Source: a bacterium (lineage in GTDB: Bacteria > UBA8248 > JACPRG01 > G963555815). Taken from it: a DNA stretch of 64,000 nucleotides. The stretch lies in contig CBDHDG010000004.1 in the NCBI GenBank assembly GCA_965261595.1, positions 544,001 through 608,000 of the forward strand, written 5' to 3'. The notes under the pieces were generated by a model. That model searched no databases. It was not told the origin of the DNA and saw only the letters and a list, made by a program, of their open reading frames with translations. The stretch's first letter is position 1, and each line of letters starts with the position of its first letter. This document shows, in pieces, positions 18,896-29,481 of this stretch. The translations under genes and the position numbers were made by a program.

Positions 18896-19647
18896 TCACT
18901 TGGCCTTGTTGGCATTCGACCACTCTTCTCCGCCTTTGCTGATCTTCGTCGTACTCATCCGGAAGATCATTTTCATGTCTTCGTTCAACTCGATTTCCCC
19001 TGAGGCCGTGATCGCGCAGGGCTTCCCCATAAAGCCTGTGATGCAGTGTTCGTTGAAGAACGAAATAAACTGCTGGCGATCTTTACGGCCCATCCGGTCA
19101 ATGAGCGTCTTCAGCTTGTACCCATCATCGTCGATGGTGATGTAGTCGTCCGCCGTCAGTTTTTCCTGAAGGTTCCGGGTTTTGCCGTCTACCGTGATCT
19201 CATGGCCGTACTTTGGAAAATCGAACGCATACTCGGACAGTTTGACAGGAACCGGTGCCGAGAAAGCTGGAAGCGTGAATGCAACCGCCAGGAAAGGCAA
19301 CAGTACGCCTATCGAGGCTGACGGGGTGCGATCCAAGAGTGCCAGGATGCCACCCAGCAAGGCGAGGGCCATGAAGATGGCGACAATCGTTCCGCCTACG
19401 ACCGCCGTGATGAGGGACACGACCACGAGCAGCCAAGCGGAGAGCTTGCCCTTGGCGGCAATGGTGGCGGTGCCGAGCCCGATGACCAAGAACGAGCAGA
19501 ACACGCCGGCCCAGCCGAGGCCGACTACCGTGCTTGCTCCTTCCGCTTCGAGGGCAGAGCCACCCCGCCCACGAACAGAGTGATGAAAGCGGCGATCACG
19601 CCCAAGGTGCCCGCTACGACTCCGATGATTCCTCCGGCCTTCTTCAT
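18896..19647 (-). pseudogene. Frameshifted membrane protein (multi-TM N-terminus, soluble C-terminus)
   Basis: ATG 19647 after GGGAGG gives MKKAGGIIGVVAGTLGVIAAFITLFVGG. A one-base shift near 19560 continues SALEAEGASTVVGLGWAGVFCSF into ORF 18896-19504. Confidence 0.65.
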
Positions 19648-20066
19648 GTCATGCCTCCCGTTGGTTCGGATCAATGTCCCGGCGAGGTTGCCGGGACTCC
19701 CGTTGGATGCGTTCGGGTGCGAGACTAGGAAGGGTGGGCGGAGATGTCAACCGGAAACGCGGAGGTTGATGACCGGGAAGGTCGAGATTTTTTCACGGTA
19801 CACGTTGTGTCGTACAACGTCGCGTGCTCCATTCACATCACAACCCACGGGCGCACAAGAGGGTCAGAATCCTCTCGAACGGAAGGCGGTTTCGTGTTAA
19901 CAGTGGGGTCATGCCTCACGAGAGAGGGGGGGGTTGACCAATGCCGATCTTCATTATTGTGCTGGACGAAGATATTCCCGATGATGCCGTAGGGGCAGTC
20001 TCCCCCGCTCTAGGGTTTTGTTGGACACTCGATTGATCCATGATTCATGGAGAAAGGGGTGTCGCG

Positions 20067-20453
20067 ATGAACGAACAAAAGCAAGAGGGGGCTTTGGCGG
20101 AGGGCGCCCGCAGGGCGAACGGAGCCAAGGCCCCAGGGCATCGCAGTGAGCGGGGTCGGTTCTCCTGCCAGCGCAAGCGGGAGGCGGTCCTGCGTCTTTT
20201 GCGGGGCGAGAGCCTGGAGACGCTCTGCCGCGAGTTGGGCACGACAGCGGCTCGGCTTTCCGCCTGGCGCGAGGCGTTCCTTCGCGGGGGCGAGGCGGCG
20301 CTCAAAGCCCGCCCGGCGGATGAGCGGGCCGAGGAGAACGCCCGGCTCAAGGCCAAGGTGGGCGAACTCACGATGGAGGGCGAGGTCCTGCGGGAGAAGA
20401 TCGACCGCCTGGAGGCCGGCCGCCCTTTAGCCGGCAGGAGGTGGAGGCGATGA
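20067..20453 (+). CDS. IS3-family transposase OrfA
   Basis: As copy 1. Confidence 0.85.
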   Translation: MNEQKQEGALAEGARRANGAKAPGHRSERGRFSCQRKREAVLRLLRGESLETLCRELGTTAARLSAWREAFLRGGEAALKARPADERAEENARLKAKVGELTMEGEVLREKIDRLEAGRPLAGRRWRR

Positions 20454-21358
20454 GTCAGGCCCGCTTCACCTCCACGGGCAGAGCCTACGGCCTGAAGCGG
20501 GTGTGCGCCCTTTGGGGCTTGGCGCGCTCCACGGTCTACGCGCAACGGCGGCGAGAGGCGGTCCCCGTTCATGAACGCCCCACGCCCAATAAGCGCGGCC
20601 CTGTGGGCCCGTGCACCGATGCGGAACTCCTCGGCCACATCCGGCAGGTCCTGGAGGACTCTCCCTTCCATGGCGAGGGCTACCGCAAGGTGTGGGCGAG
20701 GCTGCGCTTCGCGGGCATCCGCACCAGCAAGGAGCGGGTGCGTCGCCTGATGCGGGAGGCGGGGCTTCAGGCCCCCCACCGGGTGGGCAAACCCCGAGGT
20801 CCCAAGGCCCACAACGGGACCATCCGCACCGAGCGGCCCGACCGAATGTGGGGCACGGACATGACGACGACGGTGACCACCGAGGAGGGGGTGGCCTCGG
20901 TGTTCGTGGCGGTGGATCACTGCTCGGTGGACTGCGTGGGGATCCATGCGGCCAAGAGCGGCAACCGCTTCGAGGCCCTGGAGCCGATCCGGCAGGGGGT
21001 CGCCGAGCGCTTCGCCGGCTTGGAGGCGGACGTCGCCGAGGGGCTTAAAGTTCGTCACGACCACGGCCCCGCCTATCTGTCCGATGACTTTCAGCGGGAG
21101 ATCGCCTACCTGGGCATGACCAGTTCGCCCAGCTTCGTGCGGGCGCCCGAGGGAAATGGCTACTGTGAGTGGTTTATCCGCATCTTGAAGGAGAATCTCC
21201 TGTGGGTGCGCTCTTTCGCCACCGTAGAGGAACTGCGGTGGGCGCTGCTTGAGTTCAAAAACCTGTACAACCATCATTGGATTCTCGAGGGCTACGGCTA
21301 CCGAACGCCGGCCCAGGCAAGGCAGGAAAAACTCGCTCAAGTTGCGGAGGCCGCATGA
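20450..21358 (+). CDS. IS3-family transposase OrfB
   Basis: As copy 1. Confidence 0.9.
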   Translation: MSQARFTSTGRAYGLKRVCALWGLARSTVYAQRRREAVPVHERPTPNKRGPVGPCTDAELLGHIRQVLEDSPFHGEGYRKVWARLRFAGIRTSKERVRRLMREAGLQAPHRVGKPRGPKAHNGTIRTERPDRMWGTDMTTTVTTEEGVASVFVAVDHCSVDCVGIHAAKSGNRFEALEPIRQGVAERFAGLEADVAEGLKVRHDHGPAYLSDDFQREIAYLGMTSSPSFVRAPEGNGYCEWFIRILKENLLWVRSFATVEELRWALLEFKNLYNHHWILEGYGYRTPAQARQEKLAQVAEAA

Positions 21359-21632
21359 GGTCGAATACCCTCACCCGAGTGTCCAATAACCCAGGGGCGG
21401 TCCAAGTCACCGAAAAAATCGAGGCGCACTACCCCAACCATTACGACTTTTCCAACAGGGTCTATCTTGTTTCGGGAGAGCTTACCGAGACGATTGCTGA
21501 AAACATCGGCATCAAGGGGGCTCAGCAGGTCGACGCCGCGACCGGCGCAGTCTTCAAGTTGAATGGCGCATATTCAGGCTACACGTCGCCGTCCCTTTGG
21601 GAGTGGCTTACGGAAGCTGAAAGTCGGAAGTA

Positions 21633-21860
21633 ATGGCGGTTCGGCGACCTCCCGGCGGACCCCCGCCACAGGAAGGCGACCGTGAGGATAGGGAAGATAT
21701 CGCAGTCAAAGTTGCCGTTCTTGGACAAAGAGTCACCGGCCTCCGCAATGATCTCGACAAGCATTATCCCACCAAGTTCCAGGTAGTCATGGGCGCGCTA
21801 GTCTCTATTGCCACGGCACTTTCCTTGGTCTTCGCATACCTCAAATGGATTTCCGCTTGA
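21633..21860 (+). CDS. Small protein with a C-terminal TM helix
   Basis: TAATG coupling to the upstream gene; coiled-coil-like segment then a hydrophobic tail. Confidence 0.5.
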   Translation: MAVRRPPGGPPPQEGDREDREDIAVKVAVLGQRVTGLRNDLDKHYPTKFQVVMGALVSIATALSLVFAYLKWISA

Positions 21861-21911
21861 TGCCATGGGCGGCTTGGATATCCGCTATAATTCCCCAGCC
21901 AAGCCGCCTCC

Positions 21912-22899
21912 CTAGAACACGTCGCTCCCCGGCGCGGTCAGCACCGGAGCGAGCTTGGGGGCAATCAGGTCATCGTACTTCAACCGCCGTCCGACCGTGC
22001 CCCGGAACACGGCGACCATCTGGGCAACCGTATCCTCATTCCGCAGATTGTGGCGTCCCGAGAACTCCGTCACGTACCTGTCCAGGTGCTCGGGACTCAT
22101 GCGGTGGTACACCCCGTGGTAGCCCCTCTTGAGCATGGACCAAAAGGACTCGATACCGTTCGTGTGGGCCTGTCCGTCCACGTACTCGCCCACGGAGTGC
22201 TTGACCGTCTCGTGGTTCGGCAGGCCGTAATACCCGCCGTGGTCATCGGTGTACACCTTCGCGTCGGGTGCCACCTGCCCCAAGCACGAAACCCTGCAAC
22301 GTGGGCGCGTCCGTCCTGTCTATCGTCATGGCGGTGACCCAGTTGGTGTCCCGGTCCTTCATGCCGATAACCGCCTTCTTGCCAACAGGCCCACGACCCT
22401 TGTTGATCTTCTTGACGCCATGCTTGTTGCGTTCCTTGCCACCCATGTAGGTCTCGTCTACTTCAACCGGTCCGGTGAACGCAAACCCTTCGTCATGCAC
22501 CCATGCCTCGCGGAGCCGGTGGGCAAGATGCCAGCTCGTCTTTTGAGTCCGGTTCAGGTCCCGGTGCAGCTTCATGGACGACACGCCCTTGAGGTTCGTA
22601 CAGAACAGGTACACGGCAATGGCCCACTCCCGATAGGTGACCTTCGACGATTCCATGACGGTGCCGGTCTTCACACTGAACTTCTGCCGGCATCCCTTGA
22701 CTTGGCACCGGTACGGCATGGTCTTGTGACCGGTCGGGTGCTGCACCTTGTCCGAGTCGCACACTGGGCAACGCGGGCCATCGGGCCACCGCACTTCGGC
22801 AATCCACTTCTCCGCCGTCTCGTTGTCGGGGAACATCTCGGTGAACTGGACGAATCCGAGTCCTACGCGGTGGGCTTTTCCAGGTGCTTTGTGTGCCAT
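21912..22899 (-). pseudogene. IS1595-family transposase, frameshifted
   Basis: Zn ribbon CPVC...C..C, VEVDETYMGG, VYTDD and HTNGIESFWS; an extra G near 22280 splits the ORF. Confidence 0.9.
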
Positions 22900-23095
22900 C
22901 TCCCTTGACCTCCTACAGATAATCCTATAGGAAAGTGGCACGGATGTTAAGGGGGAAATGCCACTTATCTATATAATTCCCCTTCGAATGTGTGCAAAAT
23001 GCACCGAACACAATTATAATCTTGTGAAGGCCCGACTGAAGTAGGTCAGTTGTGAAACGGTAAAGGGATGGAACAGGGAAGAAAGCTGAACGAAA

Positions 23096-23695
23096 ATGAG
23101 CGCCAAGGACGCAAGAGAAAATCGAGGCTCCGTAGGCCGGCCGACGAAACTGACGCCGGAGGTTGCCGACCGTATCGTTGAGGCCATGTCTCTCGGACTT
23201 TCGTACAAGGATGCTGCACGAGCCGGAGGCGTTTCGGAACAAACACTTATCGAATGGCGGGCCCGTGGGGAGCTTGAGCCGGAATCCCCATATACCGAAT
23301 TACTTGAGCGGATCGAGGGGGCCGTACAGGAAACCGGCGTTGAATACCTGAATGCGATCAAGCGGTCGATCCTGGAATCGACCACGATCACGAAAACGCA
23401 CGTCCGCACCCTTGAAGACGGGTCCAAGATGGAGGAGATCACCAAAGAAGAGCGCCCCCCGGGTATCAAGGGCGCAATGTGGTGGCTTGAGCGCCGCTTT
23501 CCTGATCCCTTTGCCCGAAGGATTGCGCATGGCGGAAAGGTTGGAATCGAGACACCCCCGAAGCGGAAGGTCACCATCAAGCTTGTGAGCCCGGACGGGA
23601 CGACCGAGGCGTTTGAGCAAACGGGCGGGGAATCTACAAAGAGCAACGTGTCGCCGAATCGTCTGACATCTACAGACGGCAGGAGGATCTCTTAA
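23096..23695 (+). CDS. Phage terminase small subunit-like HTH protein
   Basis: GRPTKLTPEV...AARAGGVSEQTLIEW HTH and AMWWLERR motif. Confidence 0.65.
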   Translation: MSAKDARENRGSVGRPTKLTPEVADRIVEAMSLGLSYKDAARAGGVSEQTLIEWRARGELEPESPYTELLERIEGAVQETGVEYLNAIKRSILESTTITKTHVRTLEDGSKMEEITKEERPPGIKGAMWWLERRFPDPFARRIAHGGKVGIETPPKRKVTIKLVSPDGTTEAFEQTGGESTKSNVSPNRLTSTDGRRIS

Positions 23696-24189
23696 GTGCA
23701 TCTCACTCAAGAGAATCGGAATTATGAGTTATGGGCTTTTAGGTGGTTACCCTTTGTCCTCTTCCCCTCCAGTATCTCTCCCACCATCAGTATCTGCGTC
23801 CGGACTGTATTTGACCCCATCAACTTCCAGGTCCCCCTCCTGCGCCCATATCCCTGTGAAAATTCCCGTCCTTCGTTGGCCCCAGAGGGTCCATAATAAT
23901 CAAACCCGCCATGAGCGCCTCGTCATTGTCCAGAACGCCTTGCATGGCGCGCAGGTCTCGGATGGTAACGTGCTTACCTCCTTTCAAACGCGGCGGTGCA
24001 TCGGACCTCTCGGCCCCTCAAAAATTCAACGCCCGCCGCCTCGCACGCCACCTCGATGCGGTGCTCGTATTTCCCCACCCTTCCGTCTGTGTCGTAAATC
24101 ACCACAGCAGGCTTCTTGCCGGTCAGCCAAGCGAAGAACAAGGTGGACCGCCCCTGGGTTATTGGACACTCGGGTGAGGGTATTCGACC

Positions 24190-25098
24190 TCATGCGGCCT
24201 CCGCAACTTGAGCGAGTTTTTCCTGCCTTGCCTGGGCCGGCGTTCGGTAGCCGTAGCCCTCGAGAATCCAATGATGGTTGTACAGGTTCTTGAACTCAAG
24301 CAGCGCCCACCGCAGTTCCTCTACGGTGGCGAAAGAGCGCACCCACAGGAGATTCTCCTTCAAGATGCGGATGAACCACTCACAGTAGCCATTTCCCTCG
24401 GGCGCCCGCACGAAGCTGGGCGAACTGGTCATGCCCAGGTAGGCGATCTCCCGCTGAAAGTCATCGGACAGATAGGCGGGGCCGTGGTCGTGACGAACTT
24501 TAAGCCCCTCGGCGACGTCCGCCTCCAAGCCGGCGAAGCGCTCGGCGACCCCCTGCCGGATCGGCTCCAGGGCCTCGAAGCGGTTGCCGCTCTTGGCCGC
24601 ATGGATCCCCACGCAGTCCACCGAGCAGTGATCCACCGCCACGAACACCGAGGCCATCCCCTCCTCGGTGGTCACCGTCGTCGTCATGTCCGTGCCCCAC
24701 ATTCGGTCGGGCCGCTCGGTGCGGATGGTCCCGTTGTGGGCCTTGGGACCTCGGGGTTTGCCCACCCGGTGGGGGGCCTGAAGCCCCGCCTCCCGCATCA
24801 GGCGACGCACCCGCTCCTTGCTGGTGCGGATGCCCGCGAAGCGCAGCCTCGCCCACACCTTGCGGTAGCCCTCGCCATGGAAGGGAGAGTCCTCCAGGAC
24901 CTGCCGGATGTGGCCGAGGAGTTCCGCATCGGTGCACGGGCCCACAGGGCCGCGCTTATTGGGCGTGGGGCGTTCATGAACGGGGACCGCCTCTCGCCGC
25001 CGTTGCGCGTAGACCGTGGAGCGCGCCAAGCCCCAAAGGGCGCACACCCGCTTCAGGCCGTAGGCTCTGCCCGTGGAGGTGAAGCGGGCCTGACTCAT
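24190..25098 (-). CDS. IS3-family transposase OrfB
   Basis: As copy 1. Confidence 0.9.
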   Translation of the reverse strand: MSQARFTSTGRAYGLKRVCALWGLARSTVYAQRRREAVPVHERPTPNKRGPVGPCTDAELLGHIRQVLEDSPFHGEGYRKVWARLRFAGIRTSKERVRRLMREAGLQAPHRVGKPRGPKAHNGTIRTERPDRMWGTDMTTTVTTEEGMASVFVAVDHCSVDCVGIHAAKSGNRFEALEPIRQGVAERFAGLEADVAEGLKVRHDHGPAYLSDDFQREIAYLGMTSSPSFVRAPEGNGYCEWFIRILKENLLWVRSFATVEELRWALLEFKNLYNHHWILEGYGYRTPAQARQEKLAQVAEAA

Positions 25099-25481
25099 CG
25101 CCTCCACCTCCTGCCGGCTAAAGGGCGGCCGGCCTCCAGGCGGTCGATCTTCTCCCGCAGGACCTCGCCCTCCATCGTGAGTTCGCCCACCTTGGCCTTG
25201 AGCCGGGCGTTCTCCTCGTCCCGCTCATCCGCCGGGCGGGCTTTGAGCGCCGCCTCGCCCCCGCGAAGGAACGCCTCGCGCCAGGCGGAAAGCCGAGCCG
25301 CTGTCGTGCCCAACTCGCGGCAGAGCGTCTCCAGGCTCTCGCCCCGCAAAAGACGCAGGACCGCCTCCCGCTTGCGCTGGCAGGAGAACCGACCCCGCTC
25401 ACTGCGATGCCCTGGGGCCTTGGCTCCGTTCGCCCTGCGGGCGCCCTCCGCCAAAGCCCCCTCTTGCTTTTGTTCGTTCAT
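25095..25481 (-). CDS. IS3-family transposase OrfA
   Basis: As copy 1. Confidence 0.85.
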   Translation of the reverse strand: MNEQKQEGALAEGARRANGAKAPGHRSERGRFSCQRKREAVLRLLRGESLETLCRELGTTAARLSAWREAFLRGGEAALKARPADERDEENARLKAKVGELTMEGEVLREKIDRLEAGRPLAGRRWRR

Positions 25482-25969
25482 CGCGACACCCCTTTCTCCA
25501 TGAATCATGGATCAATCGAGTGTCCAACAAAACCCTAGAGCGGGGGAAAGGCTTGTTGCACGCTGTCCAGACTGCTCCGCTTGTCCAGGCCGCCTTCGTA
25601 CACTGTGGTATCGGTTTCACAGTCCACTCTCACGTATCCTTTGCCGTTGGGATAGGTGTATTCGTGTCGCACCTCGGTTCTCCCTCCCAGACGGGCGCAA
25701 AATTCCCTGTTGTAATCGTCTTCCTTTTTCTTCTGCTGGGTCGCCCCGATGGATGGGATCAGAACACAACACACCGCCCCAGGATGAGACACCGGACTCT
25801 CATGTCAATACTCCCGTTCCTCTGGTGAAGGGGTTGAAGGGTTATTCCTTAATCGCCCTACGCGCGCGCGTGTGAAGTTATATGGAAAAACCGTTCACCC
25901 CTTTCCCCCGCTCTAGGGTTTTGTTGGACACTCGATTGATCCATGATTCATGGAGAAAGGGGTGTCGCG

Positions 25970-26356
25970 ATGAACGAACAAAAGCAAGAGGGGGCTTTGG
26001 CGGAGGGCGCCCGCAGGGCGAACGGAGCCAAGGCCCCAGGGCATCGCAGTGAGCGGGGTCGGTTCTCCTGCCAGCGCAAGCGGGAGGCGGTCCTGCGTCT
26101 TTTGCGGGGCGAGAGCCTGGAGACGCTCTGCCGCGAGTTGGGCACGACAGCGGCTCGGCTTTCCGCCTGGCGCGAGGCGTTCCTTCGCGGGGGCGAGGCG
26201 GCGCTCAAAGCTCGCCCGGCGGATGAGCGGGCCGAGGAGAACGCCCGGCTCAAGGCCAAGGTGGGCGAACTCACGATGGAGGGCGAGGTCCTGCGGGAGA
26301 AGATCGACCGCCTGGAGGCCGGCCGCCCTTTAGCCGGCAGGAGGTGGAGGCGATGA
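25970..26356 (+). CDS. IS3-family transposase OrfA
   Basis: As copy 1. Confidence 0.85.
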   Translation: MNEQKQEGALAEGARRANGAKAPGHRSERGRFSCQRKREAVLRLLRGESLETLCRELGTTAARLSAWREAFLRGGEAALKARPADERAEENARLKAKVGELTMEGEVLREKIDRLEAGRPLAGRRWRR

Positions 26357-27261
26357 GTCAGGCCCGCTTCACCTCCACGGGCAGAGCCTACGGCCTGAAG
26401 CGGGTGTGCGCCCTTTGGGGCTTGGCGCGCTCCACGGTCTACGCGCAACGGCGGCGAGAGGCGGTCCCCGTTCATGAACGCCCCACGCCCAATAAGCGCG
26501 GCCCTGTGGGCCCGTGCACCGATGCGGAACTCCTCGGCCACATCCGGCAGGTCCTGGAGGACTCTCCCTTCCATGGCGAGGGCTACCGCAAGGTGTGGGC
26601 GAGGCTGCGCTTCGCGGGCATCCGCACCAGCAAGGAGCGGGTGCGTCGCCTGATGCGGGAGGCGGGGCTTCAGGCCCCCCACCGGGTGGGCAAACCCCGA
26701 GGTCCCAAGGCCCACAACGGGACCATCCGCACCGAGCGGCCCGACCGAATGTGGGGCACGGACATGACGACGACGGTGACCACCGAGGAGGGGGTGGCCT
26801 CGGTGTTCGTGGCGGTGGATCACTGCTCGGTGGACTGCGTGGGGATCCATGCGGCCAAGAGCGGCAACCGCTTCGAGGCCCTGGAGCCGATCCGGCAGGG
26901 GGTCGCCGAGCGCTTCGCCGGCTTGGAGGCGGACGTCGCCGAGGGGCTTAAAGTTCGTCACGACCACGGCCCCGCCTATCTGTCCGATGACTTTCAGCGG
27001 GAGATCACCTACCTGGGCATGACCAGTTCGCCCAGCTTCGTGCGGGCGCCCGAGGGAAATGGCTACTGTGAGTGGTTTATCCGCATCTTGAAGGAGAATC
27101 TCCTGTGGGTGCGCTCTTTCGCCACCGTAGAGGAACTGCGGTGGGCGCTGCTTGAGTTCAAGAACCTGTACAACCATCATTGGATTCTCGAGGGCTACGG
27201 CTACCGAACGCCGGCCCAGGCAAGGCAGGAAAAACTCGCTCAAGTTGCGGAGGCCGCATGA
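26353..27261 (+). CDS. IS3-family transposase OrfB
   Basis: As copy 1. Confidence 0.9.
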   Translation: MSQARFTSTGRAYGLKRVCALWGLARSTVYAQRRREAVPVHERPTPNKRGPVGPCTDAELLGHIRQVLEDSPFHGEGYRKVWARLRFAGIRTSKERVRRLMREAGLQAPHRVGKPRGPKAHNGTIRTERPDRMWGTDMTTTVTTEEGVASVFVAVDHCSVDCVGIHAAKSGNRFEALEPIRQGVAERFAGLEADVAEGLKVRHDHGPAYLSDDFQREITYLGMTSSPSFVRAPEGNGYCEWFIRILKENLLWVRSFATVEELRWALLEFKNLYNHHWILEGYGYRTPAQARQEKLAQVAEAA

Positions 27262-27273
27262 GGTCGAATACCC

Positions 27274-28569
27274 TCACCCGAGTGTCCAATAACCCAGGGG
27301 CGGTCCACCTTCACCCTGTTCACCCACAATCGCCACGGTGTAAACATTGCCGCGTTTCCCGTGACGCTTCTCCACTCGGCGGCCCATCCAGATCCCCCAT
27401 GCCGTCCGGCTCACGGCGCGGACGCCTTCGGCCTGGCACCAATCCTGATAGTCCTTGAAAAGAAACCGCGATGGCGTTTCCGTAATTTCCGATCGCTCGC
27501 ACCTGGCCTCGAACCAGCCGGTCAGGGTGTCGGTTGATTCAAAATAGGCCGCCGTTGCGTCCAGGACAGCACGACAATCGCGCAGGCCGCCGGCAGCGTA
27601 TGACATGGCCCCCTGCACGATCCACCGGAGCACGCCCGGCAATTCATCTGAGCGCAGCCGCGCCGGCAGCTTCGGGTCTGGCCTTTCGGGCTTCGCCTCA
27701 AACGGCCAAAGGCGCAGGCGGCGTCGCAGTGCATTGTCGACCATTCGCACGGAAGGCGGCTCGTTTGTGAGAATCCAGATGGTCGCTGCGGGCCTGAATT
27801 CGAAAAAATCTTGCCTCATGAACCGAGCCGGGAGAGTATCGCCGCCACTCAGGGCTTTGAGAGTTTCGCCCCTAAACGTGCCTCCCGTCACCTCCGGCGC
27901 GACGACATAGCGTTTGCCGAAAAGGCCGGCGATTCCGGTCGGATGCTGCTCGAATCTGGCATTGAGCACCGACGCAGGCAGGACGCCAGCGTAAGAGCCG
28001 AGGGCGGTGCTGATGGTATCGGCGCACGTAGTTTTGCCCGCACCGCCGTCGCCAGCCACGACATTCACACGGTGGTCCTCGTTGTGCCCACACGCCGACG
28101 CCCCCACCGCAACCTGAAGGGCGCGCGCCATCTTGTCATCACCGCCGCACCATTCCAACGCTAGTTTTTCCCAAAGTTCTGAAATTTCATCACCGAGGTC
28201 GCACCCTGTTGACATCGTGATCCAATCATCCAGTCGCTGTTCACGCTCTTCGCCCGTGGTGAGATCAACAACCCTACCGCCCAGAAGGCCGAGGAGATTG
28301 GGGTTCGCGTCCCAGTCATCTTGGCGGAGGAGTTCGCCGGCCAGGCCTAGTGCGCCCCTGCAATGCGAAACCCGAAGCCATTGGGACCGAACCTTGGCCG
28401 AAATAGTAGCCTCAATGACGTTGGCCATGTCGTTGAGCGGAGCGCAGGATTCAGTCCAGCAACCGCGCTCCCACGCCATCCAGCGGCCCCGTTTCGGATG
28501 AAAGCGGCGGTTGTCTCTGTGAACGGCTACGAATTGTTGGGCGAAGCTGACGTGATGTGGTTTCATCAC
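27274..28569 (-). CDS. Phage/plasmid primase-helicase, P4/D5 family (D5_N + SF3 helicase)
   Basis: WDANP..L...VDLTTG, Walker A GDGGAGKTT, LKALSGGD..ARFMRQDFF and TNEPP...DNALRRR. The last 6 native codons are replaced by IS sequence. Confidence 0.88.
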   Translation of the reverse strand: MMKPHHVSFAQQFVAVHRDNRRFHPKRGRWMAWERGCWTESCAPLNDMANVIEATISAKVRSQWLRVSHCRGALGLAGELLRQDDWDANPNLLGLLGGRVVDLTTGEEREQRLDDWITMSTGCDLGDEISELWEKLALEWCGGDDKMARALQVAVGASACGHNEDHRVNVVAGDGGAGKTTCADTISTALGSYAGVLPASVLNARFEQHPTGIAGLFGKRYVVAPEVTGGTFRGETLKALSGGDTLPARFMRQDFFEFRPAATIWILTNEPPSVRMVDNALRRRLRLWPFEAKPERPDPKLPARLRSDELPGVLRWIVQGAMSYAAGGLRDCRAVLDATAAYFESTDTLTGWFEARCERSEITETPSRFLFKDYQDWCQAEGVRAVSRTAWGIWMGRRVEKRHGKRGNVYTVAIVGEQGEGGPPLGYWTLG

Positions 28570-28763
28570 GCTTCGCGCTTTTCGCCCGCCGCGCGGGGTC
28601 GGGAGTCGAGAAAATCCTTGACTTCAGATTCCCGCCACCGAACCGCCCTTTGGCCGACGCGAATTGGCTCAGGAAAATCAGCCTCGCGCATTAGCCGATA
28701 AATCGCCGAACGCGAGATTTTGCAGATTTCCTCAACTTCGTCGCGCTTAAGCATTTTGTACAT
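28566..28763 (-). CDS. alpA: AlpA-family phage regulatory protein
   Basis: ISRSAIYRLM...FPEPIRVGQRAVRWRESEV; ATGA-coupled to the helicase. Confidence 0.88.
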   Translation of the reverse strand: MYKMLKRDEVEEICKISRSAIYRLMREADFPEPIRVGQRAVRWRESEVKDFLDSRPRAAGEKREA

Positions 28764-29094
28764 CTTTTCGTTCCTCCGGGTTTCGGGTTTGCCTTCACTT
28801 TCCCTGAAGTTACTTCACCGATCCCGGATGTGTCATCCTAGCTTTTTGACCGCGTTGTGTAGGACAAGAGCGGATCGTGCTTTCCCCAAATCCGCTCTGT
28901 GTTCTTGTAGGCTTTGAGCGTCGCCCCAAAGACCGCCCGGCCAACAACATCGCAAGCCGAACCGCCTTCGGCGCAGCATAGCTCCGGTCCGCCCCCGTTT
29001 CGTGTCGGCGGTAGGTCGTAGAGCGTACTCCCCCGCTCTAGGGTTTTGTTGGACACTCGATTGATCCATGATTCATGGAGAAAGGGGTGTCGCG

Positions 29095-29481
29095 ATGAAC
29101 GAACAAAAGCAAGAGGGGGCTTTGGCGGAGGGCGCCCGCAGGGCGAACGGAGCCAAGGCCCCAGGGCATCGCAGTGAGCGGGGTCGGTTCTCCTGCCAGC
29201 GCAAGCGGGAGGCGGTCCTGCGTCTTTTGCGGGGCGAGAGCCTGGAGACGCTCTGCCGCGAGTTGGGCACGACAGCGGCTCGGCTTTCCGCCTGGCGCGA
29301 GGCGTTCCTTCGCGGGGGCGAGGCGGCGCTCAAAGCTCGCCCGGCGGATGAGCGGGACGAGGAGAACGCCCGGCTCAAGGCCAAGGTGGGCGAACTCACG
29401 ATGGAGGGCGAGGTCCTGCGGGAGAAGATCGACCGCCTGGAGGCCGGCCGCCCTTTAGCCGGCAGGAGGTGGAGGCGATGA
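29095..29481 (+). CDS. IS3-family transposase OrfA
   Basis: As copy 1. Confidence 0.85.
   Translation: MNEQKQEGALAEGARRANGAKAPGHRSERGRFSCQRKREAVLRLLRGESLETLCRELGTTAARLSAWREAFLRGGEAALKARPADERDEENARLKAKVGELTMEGEVLREKIDRLEAGRPLAGRRWRR

Larger units (their letters stand above)
20001..21404 (+). mobile_element. IS3-family IS, copy 2
   Basis: Same ends; TSD AGTC. Confidence 0.95.
19941..21633 (+). pseudogene. ~94-aa hypothetical protein split by IS3 copy 2
   Basis: Removing the IS and one TSD joins MPIFIIVLDEDIPDDAVGAV in frame to TEKIEAHYPNHYDF...SLWEWLTEAESRK*. Confidence 0.7.
18631..22981 (-). mobile_element. IS1595-family element with passenger genes (contains IS3 copy 2)
   Basis: Perfect 23-bp terminal IR GGGAATTATATAGATAAGTGGCA (18631-18653 / 22959-22981) enclosing an IS1595 transposase and small ORFs; no TSD visible. 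Confidence 0.85.
24144..25547 (-). mobile_element. IS3-family IS, copy 3
   Basis: Same ends; TSD AAGG. Confidence 0.95.
24018..25803 (-). pseudogene. Secreted-type hypothetical protein (PD-(D/E)xK-like) split by IS3 copy 3
   Basis: Removing the IS joins ...VRVDCETDTTVYEGGLDKRSSLDSVQQA to LFFAWLTGKKPAVVIYD...AAGVEF*; probable extra frameshift in the leader. Outer coordinates approximate. Confidence 0.55.
25904..27307 (+). mobile_element. IS3-family IS, copy 4
   Basis: Same ends; TSD CCTT. Confidence 0.95.
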
